Assembly (NCBI GenBank): GCA_963782055.1
Contig: CAWAIF010000003.1
Location: forward strand, 4,832,001-4,896,000
DNA from: an uncultured delta proteobacterium
Lineage (GTDB): Bacteria > Myxococcota_A > Polyangia > Polyangiales > Polyangiaceae
Reading direction: 5' to 3'
Length of the DNA: 64,000 nucleotides
Within the stretch, counting starts at the first letter, position 1; every line of letters begins with the position of its first letter. The position numbers and the translations under genes are program-made. Below are positions 11,497-24,161 of the stretch, piece by piece. The notes beneath the pieces are model-generated. The model saw only the letters and a list, made by a program, of their open reading frames with translations, was not told the DNA's origin and did no database searches.

Positions 11497-12750
11497 TCAA
11501 AAGCCGGGCGTCGTCGCGACCGGCTTTGCCCCCCGCGGCGGCGCCGGCGCGGCGTGCGAGTGGCGGGAGGAGGCCGCGGGGCGGTGAGCCGTCACGCCCG
11601 CCTCTGCCACGGCGGAGGCGCTCGCCGGCGCGGCGGCGATTCGCGCGACGGCCGCGGTGGAGGCCGCCGCGGACGGCGCTGCGGGCGCGCTCGAGGTGGC
11701 GGGCGGGGTCCCCTCCGGCCCCCCGAGCGGCTCGGCCGCGGGCGAGGCGCGCCGGGCGGTGATCACCGCGGTGGCGGACGCGCCCAGCACGAAGGCCGCG
11801 ACGATGAGCCACGGGGTGCGGGAGGGTCGCGGCGGGGGCGAGGAGGGCGCGACCATGGGCCGGAGCTCGCCGCGCGTCTCGAGCTTGGGCAGCGGCGGCT
11901 TCGCCTCGCGCAGCAGCGCGGAGAGCTCCTCGTCGGTCTTGCCGACAGCCTGGGCGATCGCGGACGCGAAGGCGGCCGCGCCTGGGTGGCGGGCGTAGGC
12001 CTGCTTGGAGAGGGCGCGATCGATCTCCAGCCACAGCCGCGGGGGGATCCGCTCGTGGGGGTCCACCGTGGTCTCGAGCACCCTGGCGATGGCGCCGGCG
12101 GCGTCGGGGGCGGCGAAGGGCGACTCGCCGGTGAGGGTCTCGTAGAGGACCACGGCGCAGGAGAAGACGTCGCTGCGGCCGTCGAGGGTCTCGCCGCGCA
12201 CCTGCTCCGGCGACATGTAGCGCGCGGTGCCGAGCACGCGCCCGTCGATGGTCTTGACGGAAGAGACGGCGGCCTTCGCCACGCCGAAGTCGAGCAGCTT
12301 GGGCGTGACGCGACCATCGGGCTCGACCGCGAGCAGGACGTTGGCGGGCTTGACGTCGCGATGCACGACGCCGACCGCGTGCGCGTGCTCGAGCGCGACG
12401 AGGATGGGCGCGATGACGGCCACCGCCTCCGCGGGCTCGAGCGGCCCGCGCCGCAGCCGCTGCTCGACGGTCTCGCCGCGCAGGCGCTCCATCACCAGGG
12501 CGAGGGCGCCGTCCGGCTCCTCGAGCAGGTCGAAGACGCGCACGATGCTGCGATGGGAGAGCAGCGCGGACACGTGCGCCTCGTGGCGGAAGCGCAGGGC
12601 CACGTCCGGCTCGCCGGCGAGGCTCGGCTCGAGCAGCTTGACCGCGACGTCGGCCCCGGTGACCTCGTTGCGAGCGAGGTAGACGTCGCCCATGCCGCCG
12701 GAGGCGATCTTGGAGACGAGTCGGAGCTTGCCGCCGGACAGGGCCCGCAC
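11497..12750 (-). CDS. Ser/Thr protein kinase with TM helix
   Basis: GGMGDVY, VAVK, HRDVKPAN, LLDFGVAK, GTARYMSPEQ. Confidence 0.93.
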   Translation of the reverse strand: MRALSGGKLRLVSKIASGGMGDVYLARNEVTGADVAVKLLEPSLAGEPDVALRFRHEAHVSALLSHRSIVRVFDLLEEPDGALALVMERLRGETVEQRLRRGPLEPAEAVAVIAPILVALEHAHAVGVVHRDVKPANVLLAVEPDGRVTPKLLDFGVAKAAVSSVKTIDGRVLGTARYMSPEQVRGETLDGRSDVFSCAVVLYETLTGESPFAAPDAAGAIARVLETTVDPHERIPPRLWLEIDRALSKQAYARHPGAAAFASAIAQAVGKTDEELSALLREAKPPLPKLETRGELRPMVAPSSPPPRPSRTPWLIVAAFVLGASATAVITARRASPAAEPLGGPEGTPPATSSAPAAPSAAASTAAVARIAAAPASASAVAEAGVTAHRPAASSRHSHAAPAPPRGAKPVATTPGF

Positions 12751-12783
12751 GCCCGCAGTATCCCACGGCGGGCGCGGACGCGC

Positions 12784-14145
<1,362 letters not shown>

Positions 14146-14255
14146 GGTACTCCACCGGGTCTGACGGGACACCCCGGTCACGCAGCTTACCGGCGGTGGT
14201 CGCTCGGGGGACCGGGTGGCCGTCGTAGCTGCTCGACAAAGCACCACGTGGCGCG

Positions 14256-14270
14256 CGGCACGCGGCTTGC
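14256..14270 (+). promoter_or_regulatory. Putative sigma54 promoter of the 14284 lipoprotein
   Basis: CGGCACGCGGCTTGC, near-consensus; -12 C lies 14 nt before the ATG. Confidence 0.75.
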
Positions 14271-14283
14271 GACGGGCGTCGTC

Positions 14284-14862
14284 ATGCGCTCGCTCCACGC
14301 TCGTGGCCTCCTCGTCGGGGTCGCGCTCGTCCTCGTCGCCGCTTGCAGCGGCGACGGCGTCTCCTCAAAGGACCAGGCCAAGACGGCGTACCTCAGCCTG
14401 GACACTTCCATCGACCGGGCCATCAACCTTGGCTTCGCCGGGTTCAACGCGGCGCAGAGCGCCAACATCCCCACCCAGAGCGCCAGCGGCGACGCCTCCG
14501 GGACGATGAGCATCGACGGGCAGGTGGACCAGGGCGCCTCGGCGAACAAGACGATGCGCCTCAAGGAGACGCTCACCGGCTACTCCGACGACGGCAAGAT
14601 CGTCAACACGACGACGCAGCCGGCGGAGCTGGACATGGACCTCAAGGGCATCCCGAACGGGACGATGACCGGCACCCTCGCCGGCACCTACGCGATGGAG
14701 GGCGACCTGAAGGGGAACGTGACGCTCGACCTCACCCTCTCCAGCGCCCTGCAGCCGGATGCGCAGGACGCGAGCAAGGTGGTACGCAAGCCGGGAACCA
14801 CGCGGATCCAGGGCAAGGCGACCTCCGGGTCCGCCGTCTTCGACATCGACATCACGCGCTGA
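14284..14862 (+). CDS. Hypothetical lipoprotein (beta-rich)
   Basis: Lipobox LVAAC; host-like codon usage. Confidence 0.75.
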   Translation: MRSLHARGLLVGVALVLVAACSGDGVSSKDQAKTAYLSLDTSIDRAINLGFAGFNAAQSANIPTQSASGDASGTMSIDGQVDQGASANKTMRLKETLTGYSDDGKIVNTTTQPAELDMDLKGIPNGTMTGTLAGTYAMEGDLKGNVTLDLTLSSALQPDAQDASKVVRKPGTTRIQGKATSGSAVFDIDITR

Positions 14863-15415
14863 CCGCACACCACGGCGGGCGGGCACGTGCGCGGCGCACG
14901 CGCTCCTCCTCGCGGAGCACCCAGAACCCGCCTTCGGTGAGCCTGTCGAGTGTGGCCTCGTCGCCGAACCCGACGCGAATGCGCATGCACAGCGCCTCCA
15001 GGTGCCTGCGGGCGCGTACGCACGCGCGGGCGGCGGGCCAGCGGCGCTCTCCCGGCGCGAGCGCGCCATCGAGCGCGAGCCCCACGTGCCCGACGAGCAC
15101 CAGCCCGAAGAACGCGCGACGCACGCTGCGGCGGCCGTCGGGCGTGAGCGCGACGATGCAGTCGCGCCCATCGCGCCGCCGCTTGACGAGGCCAAGCTGC
15201 TCGAGGGATCGCATCATGCGGCTGATGGTGGAGCGGGCGACGCCGAGTCCGCGGCGAAGCTGGCTTTGCAGGGTGACGGTGCGCGTGCCGAGCCGGTAGA
15301 GCGCGTCGAGCAGATCGAAGCGCGCCGCCGTCAGGCCCACCGCCCGGAGCGCCCGCCGCGTCAGCCTGAGCGTGGCGTAGTACGCCCGCTTGATGGTGAA
15401 GAAGAGAGGGTCCAT
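14852..15415 (-). CDS. MarR-like winged-helix protein, copy 1
   Basis: GLTAARFDLL..., QSQLRRGLGVARSTISRMMRSLEQLGLVKR, VALTPDGR; paralog at 55260-55856. Confidence 0.85.
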   Translation of the reverse strand: MDPLFFTIKRAYYATLRLTRRALRAVGLTAARFDLLDALYRLGTRTVTLQSQLRRGLGVARSTISRMMRSLEQLGLVKRRRDGRDCIVALTPDGRRSVRRAFFGLVLVGHVGLALDGALAPGERRWPAARACVRARRHLEALCMRIRVGFGDEATLDRLTEGGFWVLREEERVRRARARPPWCAVSA

Positions 15416-15428
15416 TCCCCAGCCCAAC

Positions 15429-15497
15429 GCACCCCCCATGCCACCCCCCCCTCCCCAGAATTCCCGCGAAACGTCGCATTGCAAGCGCGCTAGCAAT
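15429..15497 (-). promoter_or_regulatory. Conserved upstream block of MarR-like copy 1: sigma54-type promoter, hairpin and dyad
   Basis: TGGCATGGGGGGTGC (15443-15429); GCGA-AACG-TCGC (15466-15477); ATTGCAAGCGCGCTAGCAAT (15478-15497); all positionally conserved in copy 2. Confidence 0.65.
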
Positions 15498-15508
15498 TGG
15501 ACGTTTGG

Positions 15509-15610
15509 TGTCCCCGGACAGGGAGGGGGGACAGAGGGGACAGGGGGGGACAGGGAGGCTGGGGGCGAGGAGAGAGGGTGTGGGGACAGGGGACACGGGC
15601 AACGGGGGGG
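15509..15610 (+). repeat. G-rich degenerate GGACA(G) direct-repeat array, copy 1
   Basis: GGACA at 15516, 15529, 15538, 15548, 15584, 15591, embedded in G runs. Confidence 0.8.
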
Positions 15611-15728
15611 CGAACGGCCACGAGGCGGGGTTGGGTGGCAGGCAGGGTGACCACCTCTTCGGGGCGAGGGTCGGCTCGTCCTTCGACGAATCCCGGGTTT
15701 CGTGAGCGGACGGCGGCGGCTTGGGGCC

Positions 15729-15743
15729 TGGTGCGGCGCTTGC
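15729..15743 (+). promoter_or_regulatory. Possible sigma54 promoter of the Cys-rich lipoprotein
   Basis: TGGTGCGGCGCTTGC with GG-N10-GC spacing, 15 nt before the ATG. Confidence 0.45.
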
Positions 15744-15757
15744 GTGCATGGGGGGGG

Positions 15758-16588
15758 ATGCGTGCTTCTACCCTCTTCGCGCTGCTGGCGGCGGGCGTCG
15801 GTCTGGTCGTCGCCTGCGGCTCCGACGGCACCGGGCCGGGCTCGGACTACTGCTCGCAGAATCCTTGCGGCAACAACCGGCAGTGTGATCCAAGCCTGGG
15901 TTGCGTCGAGTGCACCGGCGACTCCCAATGTCCCGCGAGCGCGAAGTTCTGTGTGCAGGGGAGCTGTGGAGCGTGCCGTACGTCCTCCGACTGCGGCGCG
16001 GGCGCCCCGGCCTGCTGGCCCTCCGACCACCAGTGCCACGCCGCATGCACGTCCAACGGCGACTGCCCACCGCAGGCAAAGATCTGCGACGCGCAGACGG
16101 GCATCTGTGTGGGGTGCAACGTCAACGCCGACTGCACCGACGGGCCGCGCGTCATCTGCGATCCGCAATCGTCACAGTGCGTGCAGTGCACGCAGAGCTC
16201 GGATTGCCCCGCCTCGGCGCCGAAGTGCTTCGCCGCGCGGGGCGATTGCGTCCAGTGCTTCTCCAACGGCGACTGCAGCGGCACCACGCCCGTCTGCGAC
16301 ACGCAGGAGTTCCGCTGCCGGTCCGGCTGCACCGGCGACGGCGACTGCCCCACGTCCGCGCCCAAGTGCGACACCGGGCGCCAGCGCTGCGTGCAGTGCC
16401 TGTCCGCCGGCGACTGCTCCGGCAGCACGCCGCTCTGCAACACCCAGGGCCAGTGCACGCCATGCCTCGCCGACACCGACTGCGCCGCCCCGACGCCCTT
16501 CTGCCGCAACGCCGAATCGTGCGTGGAGTGCCGCACGCCCAACGACTGCGCACAAGGGATGAAGTGCCAGAACGGCACGTGTAACTGA
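15758..16588 (+). CDS. Cys-rich repeat lipoprotein
   Basis: Lipobox VVAC; about ten CVxC-x4-C-x5-6-C repeats. Confidence 0.85.
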   Translation: MRASTLFALLAAGVGLVVACGSDGTGPGSDYCSQNPCGNNRQCDPSLGCVECTGDSQCPASAKFCVQGSCGACRTSSDCGAGAPACWPSDHQCHAACTSNGDCPPQAKICDAQTGICVGCNVNADCTDGPRVICDPQSSQCVQCTQSSDCPASAPKCFAARGDCVQCFSNGDCSGTTPVCDTQEFRCRSGCTGDGDCPTSAPKCDTGRQRCVQCLSAGDCSGSTPLCNTQGQCTPCLADTDCAAPTPFCRNAESCVECRTPNDCAQGMKCQNGTCN

Positions 16589-16661
16589 CCCCCAGCCCTG
16601 GCAGGCGCCGGACCGCAGCGACCGGGCACGCCGGCAGCACCGCGGTGGTAAGGTCGCCGCC

Positions 16662-17615
16662 ATGGCGTGCCGCGGTGGCCCCCTCTCGGCGAGCACATGG
16701 ACACTCGTCGCGTGCCTGATCGCGCTGGCGCCGGGCGCGTCGGCGCAGACGCCGGAGCTGGACCGCGCCCGCGCCCTCTTCACCGCGGCGCTCCAGCAGC
16801 AGCAGGATGGCCACCCCGACCTCGCGCTCGGACAGTTTCGCCAGGTCGCCGCGGTACGGGATACTTCGCAGGTGGAGTACCGCATCGGGACGTGCCTGGA
16901 GTCACTCGGCAAGCGGCGCGACGCCGTCGTCGCCTACGACCGCGCCGCGCACCTCGGCCGCGGCGACCCGAAGGCAGCCGACGTGGTGGACGCCGCCAAC
17001 GCGCGCATCGCGGCGCTCGCGCGCAGCATGGGGACGCTGGAGGTGACGGTGCAGGGCGCCGCCGCCAACCGGGCGGAGCTCGCCGTCGACGGCGAAGCGC
17101 TGACGCCCGACCAGCGGCGCGCGCCGCTCTTGCTGGAGCCGGGCAACCACGACGTGAGGGTGACCGCACCCGGGACGCTCCCCGCGTCCGCGAGCGTCGC
17201 CGTCGTCGCCGGCGGCCGCGCGGGGGTGACGGTGGTGCTCGCGCCGGTCCCGCCGCCCCCGCCGGCGGCGACCTGGAACGCGCGGCGCCTGGGCGGCGTC
17301 GTCACGATGGGCGCGGGCGTCGTCGCGCTCGGGGGGATGGGCGTGGCGCTTTGGGTGAGGCACGATCGCATCGCGCAGGTGCAGACCGACTGCCCGGGCA
17401 ACGTGTGCCCGTCGTCGCTGCGCGGCGAGGTGGAGAGCGCGCGCAGCGACGCGCATGCCATGGAGCCCGTCGCGGCGATCCTGGGCGGGGTGGGCGCCGC
17501 CGCCCTGGCGCTGGGCATCGTGCTCGTCGCCTGGCCAAGCCACGGACGCGCGGCGGCCCCCTCCGCCTGGCTCACGCCGACCCCTGGGGGACTCGCCGCG
17601 GGAGGCACATTTTGA
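16662..17615 (+). CDS. TPR/PEGA-like domain protein with C-terminal TM hairpin
   Basis: RARALF TPR-like N-terminus, LEPGNHDVRVTAPG, two hydrophobic segments flanking a CPGNVC loop. Confidence 0.75.
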   Translation: MACRGGPLSASTWTLVACLIALAPGASAQTPELDRARALFTAALQQQQDGHPDLALGQFRQVAAVRDTSQVEYRIGTCLESLGKRRDAVVAYDRAAHLGRGDPKAADVVDAANARIAALARSMGTLEVTVQGAAANRAELAVDGEALTPDQRRAPLLLEPGNHDVRVTAPGTLPASASVAVVAGGRAGVTVVLAPVPPPPPAATWNARRLGGVVTMGAGVVALGGMGVALWVRHDRIAQVQTDCPGNVCPSSLRGEVESARSDAHAMEPVAAILGGVGAAALALGIVLVAWPSHGRAAAPSAWLTPTPGGLAAGGTF

Positions 17616-17944
17616 CCTCCCGCGCCCCCCTCGTCGCGTGCCTCGCCGCCTCCCTGACGCTCGCCCTCGCTGCGCTCGCCGCGTGCGAGGCCGTACCCGA
17701 CGTCGTCTACGTCGGCGACGACGCCGGCGACGCGGGGGGCGACTCCGCCACCATCCCCGACGGCGCCAACACCTGCCCCGGCCTGGTTCCGCCGTATGCC
17801 ACCGCGTGCTGCGGGGCGATCCCCTGCAGCGGGGCCAACTGCGCGGCCACGTGCGCGGATTGCGCCAGGTGCTCGCTGCTCGACCTGTGCTGCCCCAACG
17901 CGCAGAACCGCGCCGTCTGCCGGCCCTCGCTCCGCTGCAACTGA
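17612..17944 (+). CDS. Small Cys-rich lipoprotein
   Basis: TTG overlapping previous TGA; lipobox LAAC; DAG linker; CC-rich C-terminus. Confidence 0.65.
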   Translation: MTSRAPLVACLAASLTLALAALAACEAVPDVVYVGDDAGDAGGDSATIPDGANTCPGLVPPYATACCGAIPCSGANCAATCADCARCSLLDLCCPNAQNRAVCRPSLRCN

Positions 17945-18116
17945 GGGCCGAAACGTCGGATTGGGAGCATGCTAGCGGTCGGGTGAAGGCGGGACCCCGC
18001 CCGGATCGCGCGGGGGCGCCCGGCCCCGCCCGGCGCGCCGGCACCGGGGCGCCGACCAATCGCAGCCGATTCCACCGAGGGGAGACGGATGAGGCGTCGC
18101 GGGTTATAGAGTCGCC

Positions 18117-21008
18117 ATGCGTCGCACGCTCCTTCTGGCCCTCGCCGGCGCCTCCGCGCTGGTCATCCCTTCCGCTTCCTCCCTCGTCGGGTGCAGCAGC
18201 GACAACGGCACCCCGCCCGTCGCGCGACCGCTCGGAGACACGCCGGGCATCGACGAGCACGTCCAGCTCGACCACCTGGAGGGCCCGGTCGACGTGGTGC
18301 GCGATCAGTACGGCATGGTCCACATCTACGCGACGACGGTGGGCGACGCGCTGCGCGTGGAGGGCTACCAGGTCGGCCGCGACCGCACCGCCCAGCTCGA
18401 GCTCATCCGGCGCACCGCCGAGGGCCGCACCGCGGAGGTGTTCGGCGCCGTGAGCCCCGGACTCGTCGACGACGACATCAGCGCGCGCACCATCGGCCTC
18501 ACGCGCGTGGCCCAGAAGATGTACGACGCGCTCGACCCGGGCGGCGACGAGCGCAAGTGGCTGGACGCCTTCGCCGACGGCGTCTCGCAGTTCTACGCGC
18601 GCATCCAGTCCGGCGACGAGCAGCTCCCCCGCGCGATGGTGGGGCTCCCGCAGGCCATCTTCACGCCGTGGACGGGCGTCGATTCGCTCGCCGTCGCGCG
18701 CTACCAGTCGGAGGCTCTCTCCTTCGACGCCGGCTCCGACATCTCCCGGCAGAACTTCCTCGACGTGCTGCAGAGCGTCTTCGTCGGCACCTCGCCGGAC
18801 GCCGAGCTCGCACGTCGCGCCGGCCTGGAGCGCGACCTCTTGCGCTTCGCCCCGCTCGACCCAACGACCACGCTGCCCGGCTTCCCGAACGACACGTCCA
18901 TGACGCAGTCCTTCGTCCCGCCGAACAAGAAGGTCGCTCGCTCGCGCCTCCCGGAGAAGCTGCGGAGCGTCCACGTGCCGCAGGCGCTGATCGACACCAC
19001 GAGCGGCTGGCTCGCCGCGCAGAAGGAGACCGAGCACTACTTCGGCGACCTGCTCACGCGCGGCTCCAACGACTGGATCGTCAACGCCGACAAGACGGCG
19101 TCGGGCAAGTCGCTGCTCGCCAACGACCCGCACCTCTCCCTCTCCTCGCCCCCCGTCTTCTGGACGGTGCAGCTGGACGTGCACGCCCCGCCCGGCGGGG
19201 ATAGCTCCAAGGACATGGACATCGCCGGCATCGCCTTCCCGGGCATCCCCGGCATCATCCTCGGCATGAACGAGCACGTCGCCTGGGGCGCCACGACGAC
19301 GGGCTACGACGTGACCGACGTCTACAAGGAGCAGCTCACCTCCGACGGGCAGAACGTGATCTTCAACGGGCAGAACGTCCCCATCCAGAAGGTCCACGAG
19401 ACCATCCAGGTGCAGGGCGGCGCGCCCGTCGAGTACGACGTACTGGAGGTGCCGCACCACGGGCCGATCATCCCGGACATCGTCAACCACGCCGTCGTCC
19501 CGCCCGACCCGGCGAAGGGCGCCCTCTCCTACCGCTGGACAGGCCTGGAGGTGAGCGACGAGGTCAAGGCCGTCATCGGCTTCTCCTACGCGAAGAACGT
19601 GGAGGACGCGCGCACCGCCATCCGGTCGTTCGAGGTGGGCGCGCAGAACTGGGTGTTCGCCGACGACTCGGGCAACGTCTTTTACAGCTCGCAGTCGCGC
19701 ATCCCCAAGCGCGACAAGCGCGCGTACACCTGGGACCCGGTCACCTACAAGGGCACGCTGCCCATGTTCGTGCTTCCAGGCGACGGCACCGCCGAGTGGA
19801 CCGGCAACCTGGAGGAGGCCTACATCCCCCACGTCAAGAACCCGAGCTGGGGCTTCGTGGCGACGGCCAACGGCGACCCGGTGGGCGTCACGCTGGACAA
19901 CGACCCCTCCAACGACAAGCTCCCCAACGGCGATCCGGTCTACATCGGCGGCGACTTCGACCTGGGCTCCCGCGTCGGCGAGATCACCAGGCGCCTGAAG
20001 AACCTGGGGCACCCCGCGACGCCGGAGGACATGGCCAGCATCCAGGCGGACGTCCACTGCCCCTTCGGCGAGATGCTCGCGCCCAAGCTCATCGCCGCGA
20101 TCGACGCGGCGGAGGCGGAGAAGACGACGCCGGGGACGCACACCGACCTGACGGCGGTGGTGGCCGACCCGCGCTATGCCGCCGCCAACGTGGCGGAGCT
20201 GCGGCAGTGGCTCGACAGCTGGGGCAAGGACAGCGACTACGCGTCGGAGTCCGGCGTCAACCCCGACGACAACAAGCCGCTGCCCGGCGGCACGCCGGAG
20301 GTCACCGCCAGCCAGGCCACCCTCCTGTTCGACGCGTGGCTGGCGCGCATGGGCATGCTCACCTTCGACGACGAGATCGCGCAGATGCAGGGCCACGCCT
20401 CCTTCGAGGTTCCGCGCGCCCTGGCCTACATCTGGACGGCCAAGCCGGCCGACCTCGCCACCCTCGACCAGACGACGGGCGAGAGCTCCCTCTTCGACGA
20501 CATGACCACCACCAACGTCACCGAGACGAGCGAGCAGCTCGCCATCGAGTCGCTGCTCGACGCGGTGGACTTCCTGAAGTCCAAGCTGGGGCCGGACCGC
20601 ACCGAGTGGCGCTGGGGCACGCTCCACACCCTGCGCTTCGACTCGCTCGTCTCGCTCTGGAGCACCCTGTCGGTGCCGCCGGTGGGCGACGCCACCTTCC
20701 CGAACGGCTTCCCCCGCCACGGCGATCTGCACACCGTCGACGTGGGCAACTGGGGCTCGCACCCCGGCACCTACGACAGCCTGCACTTCGACTACGGCAG
20801 CGGCCCGACGCAGCGCTTCGTGGCGAGCATGGACCCCGCCGGGCCCATCGCGAAGAACGCGCAGCCCGGCGGCAACGTGTGGGACAACGCCAGCCCGCAC
20901 TTCGCCGACGAGGCCGAGCGCTGGCGGCGCAACCAGAACCGGCCCGTCTACATCATGAAGGCGGACGTCATCGCCAACGCCGAAGAGCGCATCGCTTACG
21001 ACAAGTGA
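18117..21008 (+). CDS. Penicillin acylase family Ntn-hydrolase (peptidase S45), lipoprotein
   Basis: VVRDQYGMVHIYA, G|SNDW autocleavage site, LLANDPHL, WRWGTLH, PGGN...SPHFAD. Confidence 0.92.
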   Translation: MRRTLLLALAGASALVIPSASSLVGCSSDNGTPPVARPLGDTPGIDEHVQLDHLEGPVDVVRDQYGMVHIYATTVGDALRVEGYQVGRDRTAQLELIRRTAEGRTAEVFGAVSPGLVDDDISARTIGLTRVAQKMYDALDPGGDERKWLDAFADGVSQFYARIQSGDEQLPRAMVGLPQAIFTPWTGVDSLAVARYQSEALSFDAGSDISRQNFLDVLQSVFVGTSPDAELARRAGLERDLLRFAPLDPTTTLPGFPNDTSMTQSFVPPNKKVARSRLPEKLRSVHVPQALIDTTSGWLAAQKETEHYFGDLLTRGSNDWIVNADKTASGKSLLANDPHLSLSSPPVFWTVQLDVHAPPGGDSSKDMDIAGIAFPGIPGIILGMNEHVAWGATTTGYDVTDVYKEQLTSDGQNVIFNGQNVPIQKVHETIQVQGGAPVEYDVLEVPHHGPIIPDIVNHAVVPPDPAKGALSYRWTGLEVSDEVKAVIGFSYAKNVEDARTAIRSFEVGAQNWVFADDSGNVFYSSQSRIPKRDKRAYTWDPVTYKGTLPMFVLPGDGTAEWTGNLEEAYIPHVKNPSWGFVATANGDPVGVTLDNDPSNDKLPNGDPVYIGGDFDLGSRVGEITRRLKNLGHPATPEDMASIQADVHCPFGEMLAPKLIAAIDAAEAEKTTPGTHTDLTAVVADPRYAAANVAELRQWLDSWGKDSDYASESGVNPDDNKPLPGGTPEVTASQATLLFDAWLARMGMLTFDDEIAQMQGHASFEVPRALAYIWTAKPADLATLDQTTGESSLFDDMTTTNVTETSEQLAIESLLDAVDFLKSKLGPDRTEWRWGTLHTLRFDSLVSLWSTLSVPPVGDATFPNGFPRHGDLHTVDVGNWGSHPGTYDSLHFDYGSGPTQRFVASMDPAGPIAKNAQPGGNVWDNASPHFADEAERWRRNQNRPVYIMKADVIANAEERIAYDK

Positions 21009-21045
21009 GCGGAGCGGCCACCCAGCGGCGCTATGATGCGGGCCG

Positions 21046-23148
<2,103 letters not shown>

Positions 23149-23155
23149 GGGCCCT

Positions 23156-23617
23156 TCAGGCCGCCGGCGCGTGACGCGCCGCGACCCCCAGCGTCGCGGC
23201 CTGCTCCACCCACGCGCCCGCCGCCATCGCCAGCACGAAGAGGAGCGACGCGGGGTGGCCGTTGCCCAGGTCGACGATCCCCGGGCCGGGGCACACGCCC
23301 GCCAGGCCCCACCCCACGCCGAAGATCGCCGCGCCGCTCAGCAGTCGCGGGTCGATGCCCTGGCGCGTGGGCAGGTGGAAGCGACCGTCGAAGAGCGGGG
23401 CGGTGCGCGCGCGCAGGAGGGCGCGGCTGGTGACGCCGCACGCCGCGATGGCGCCCACCATCACCAGGGCGAGGCTGGGGTCCCAGTCGCCGGTGACGTC
23501 GAGGAAGCCGATGACCTTCGCCGGGCTGGTCATCCCCGCGACGACCAGCCCGACGCCGAAGAGCAGGCCCGCGACGAGCGCCGCCACACGCGGGAGCACC
23601 CCGCCTCGCGTCTTCAT
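23156..23617 (-). CDS. YeeE/YedE-family (PmpA/B-like) sulfur-compound transporter subunit
   Basis: FGVGL...GMT.PAKVIGFLD..G.WDPSL, GWGLAGVCPGP. Confidence 0.88.
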   Translation of the reverse strand: MKTRGGVLPRVAALVAGLLFGVGLVVAGMTSPAKVIGFLDVTGDWDPSLALVMVGAIAACGVTSRALLRARTAPLFDGRFHLPTRQGIDPRLLSGAAIFGVGWGLAGVCPGPGIVDLGNGHPASLLFVLAMAAGAWVEQAATLGVAARHAPAA

Positions 23618-24036
23618 GCGCCGCCCCAGAGATGACGGGTGAGGTACACGGTGAGAAATCCGGTCGCCATGAAGGTGCAGGTGGCGACGATGGACCGGGT
23701 CGACAGCCGGCTGATCCCGCAGACGCCGTGGCCGCTCGTGCAACCGGCGCCGCGACGCATCCCGAAGCCGACGAGCAGCCCGCCGGCCGCGACGAGGGGC
23801 AGCCGCACGCCCGCGCCGGCGAAGTGCGCGGGCCACGCCCCCGCCAGCAGCACGCCCGCGAGCAGCAGTCCCGCCAGGAAGTACGCGCGCACCGGCCGCC
23901 CGGCGTCGGCCCGCCACAGGTCACCGAACATGCCGCCGATGCCGGCGATGCGGCCGTGCGTGTACAGGAGCAGCCCGGCGGAGAGCCCCAGCATCGCCCC
24001 GCCGAGCAGGGCGGAGACCGGCGTGAAGTGCTGCAT
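23614..24036 (-). CDS. YeeE/YedE-family (PmpA/B-like) sulfur-compound transporter subunit
   Basis: FTPVSALLGG, GRIAGIGG, GCTSGHGVCGISRLSTRS. Confidence 0.9.
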   Translation of the reverse strand: MQHFTPVSALLGGAMLGLSAGLLLYTHGRIAGIGGMFGDLWRADAGRPVRAYFLAGLLLAGVLLAGAWPAHFAGAGVRLPLVAAGGLLVGFGMRRGAGCTSGHGVCGISRLSTRSIVATCTFMATGFLTVYLTRHLWGGA

Positions 24037-24042
24037 GACGCG

Positions 24043-24072
24043 TATCTTGTATATTGGATATTCGTCCGTCAA
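24043..24072 (-). promoter_or_regulatory. Sigma70-type promoter with AT-rich dyad (candidate repressor site) for the YeeE/YedE pair
   Basis: Minus strand TTGACG-17nt-CAAGAT-7nt-ATG; spacer contains TATCCAATATACAAGATA. Confidence 0.6.
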
Positions 24073-24161
24073 GACGAAATCCTCTCCCGGCGTCGGCACC
24101 CGGCCAGGATGTCCGGCGGCCCCGGGCGGGGCCTGCTCGCGAAGCCCGCAGGCCGGCGGGT

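Noticed and set aside
15509..15610. G-rich arrays (also 55951-56066) as CRISPR repeats
   Set aside because: Units are 5-10 bp and degenerate with no unique 30-40 bp spacers; no cas genes in the window
14852..15610. Cassette as a classical IS or MITE
   Set aside because: No transposase motif, terminal inverted repeats or target-site duplication found by eye; mobility remains a hypothesis
17980..18060. GC-rich inverted repeats here, at 38705-38735 and at 48100-48150 as a REP family
   Set aside because: No shared primary sequence; likely individual terminators or chance pairing
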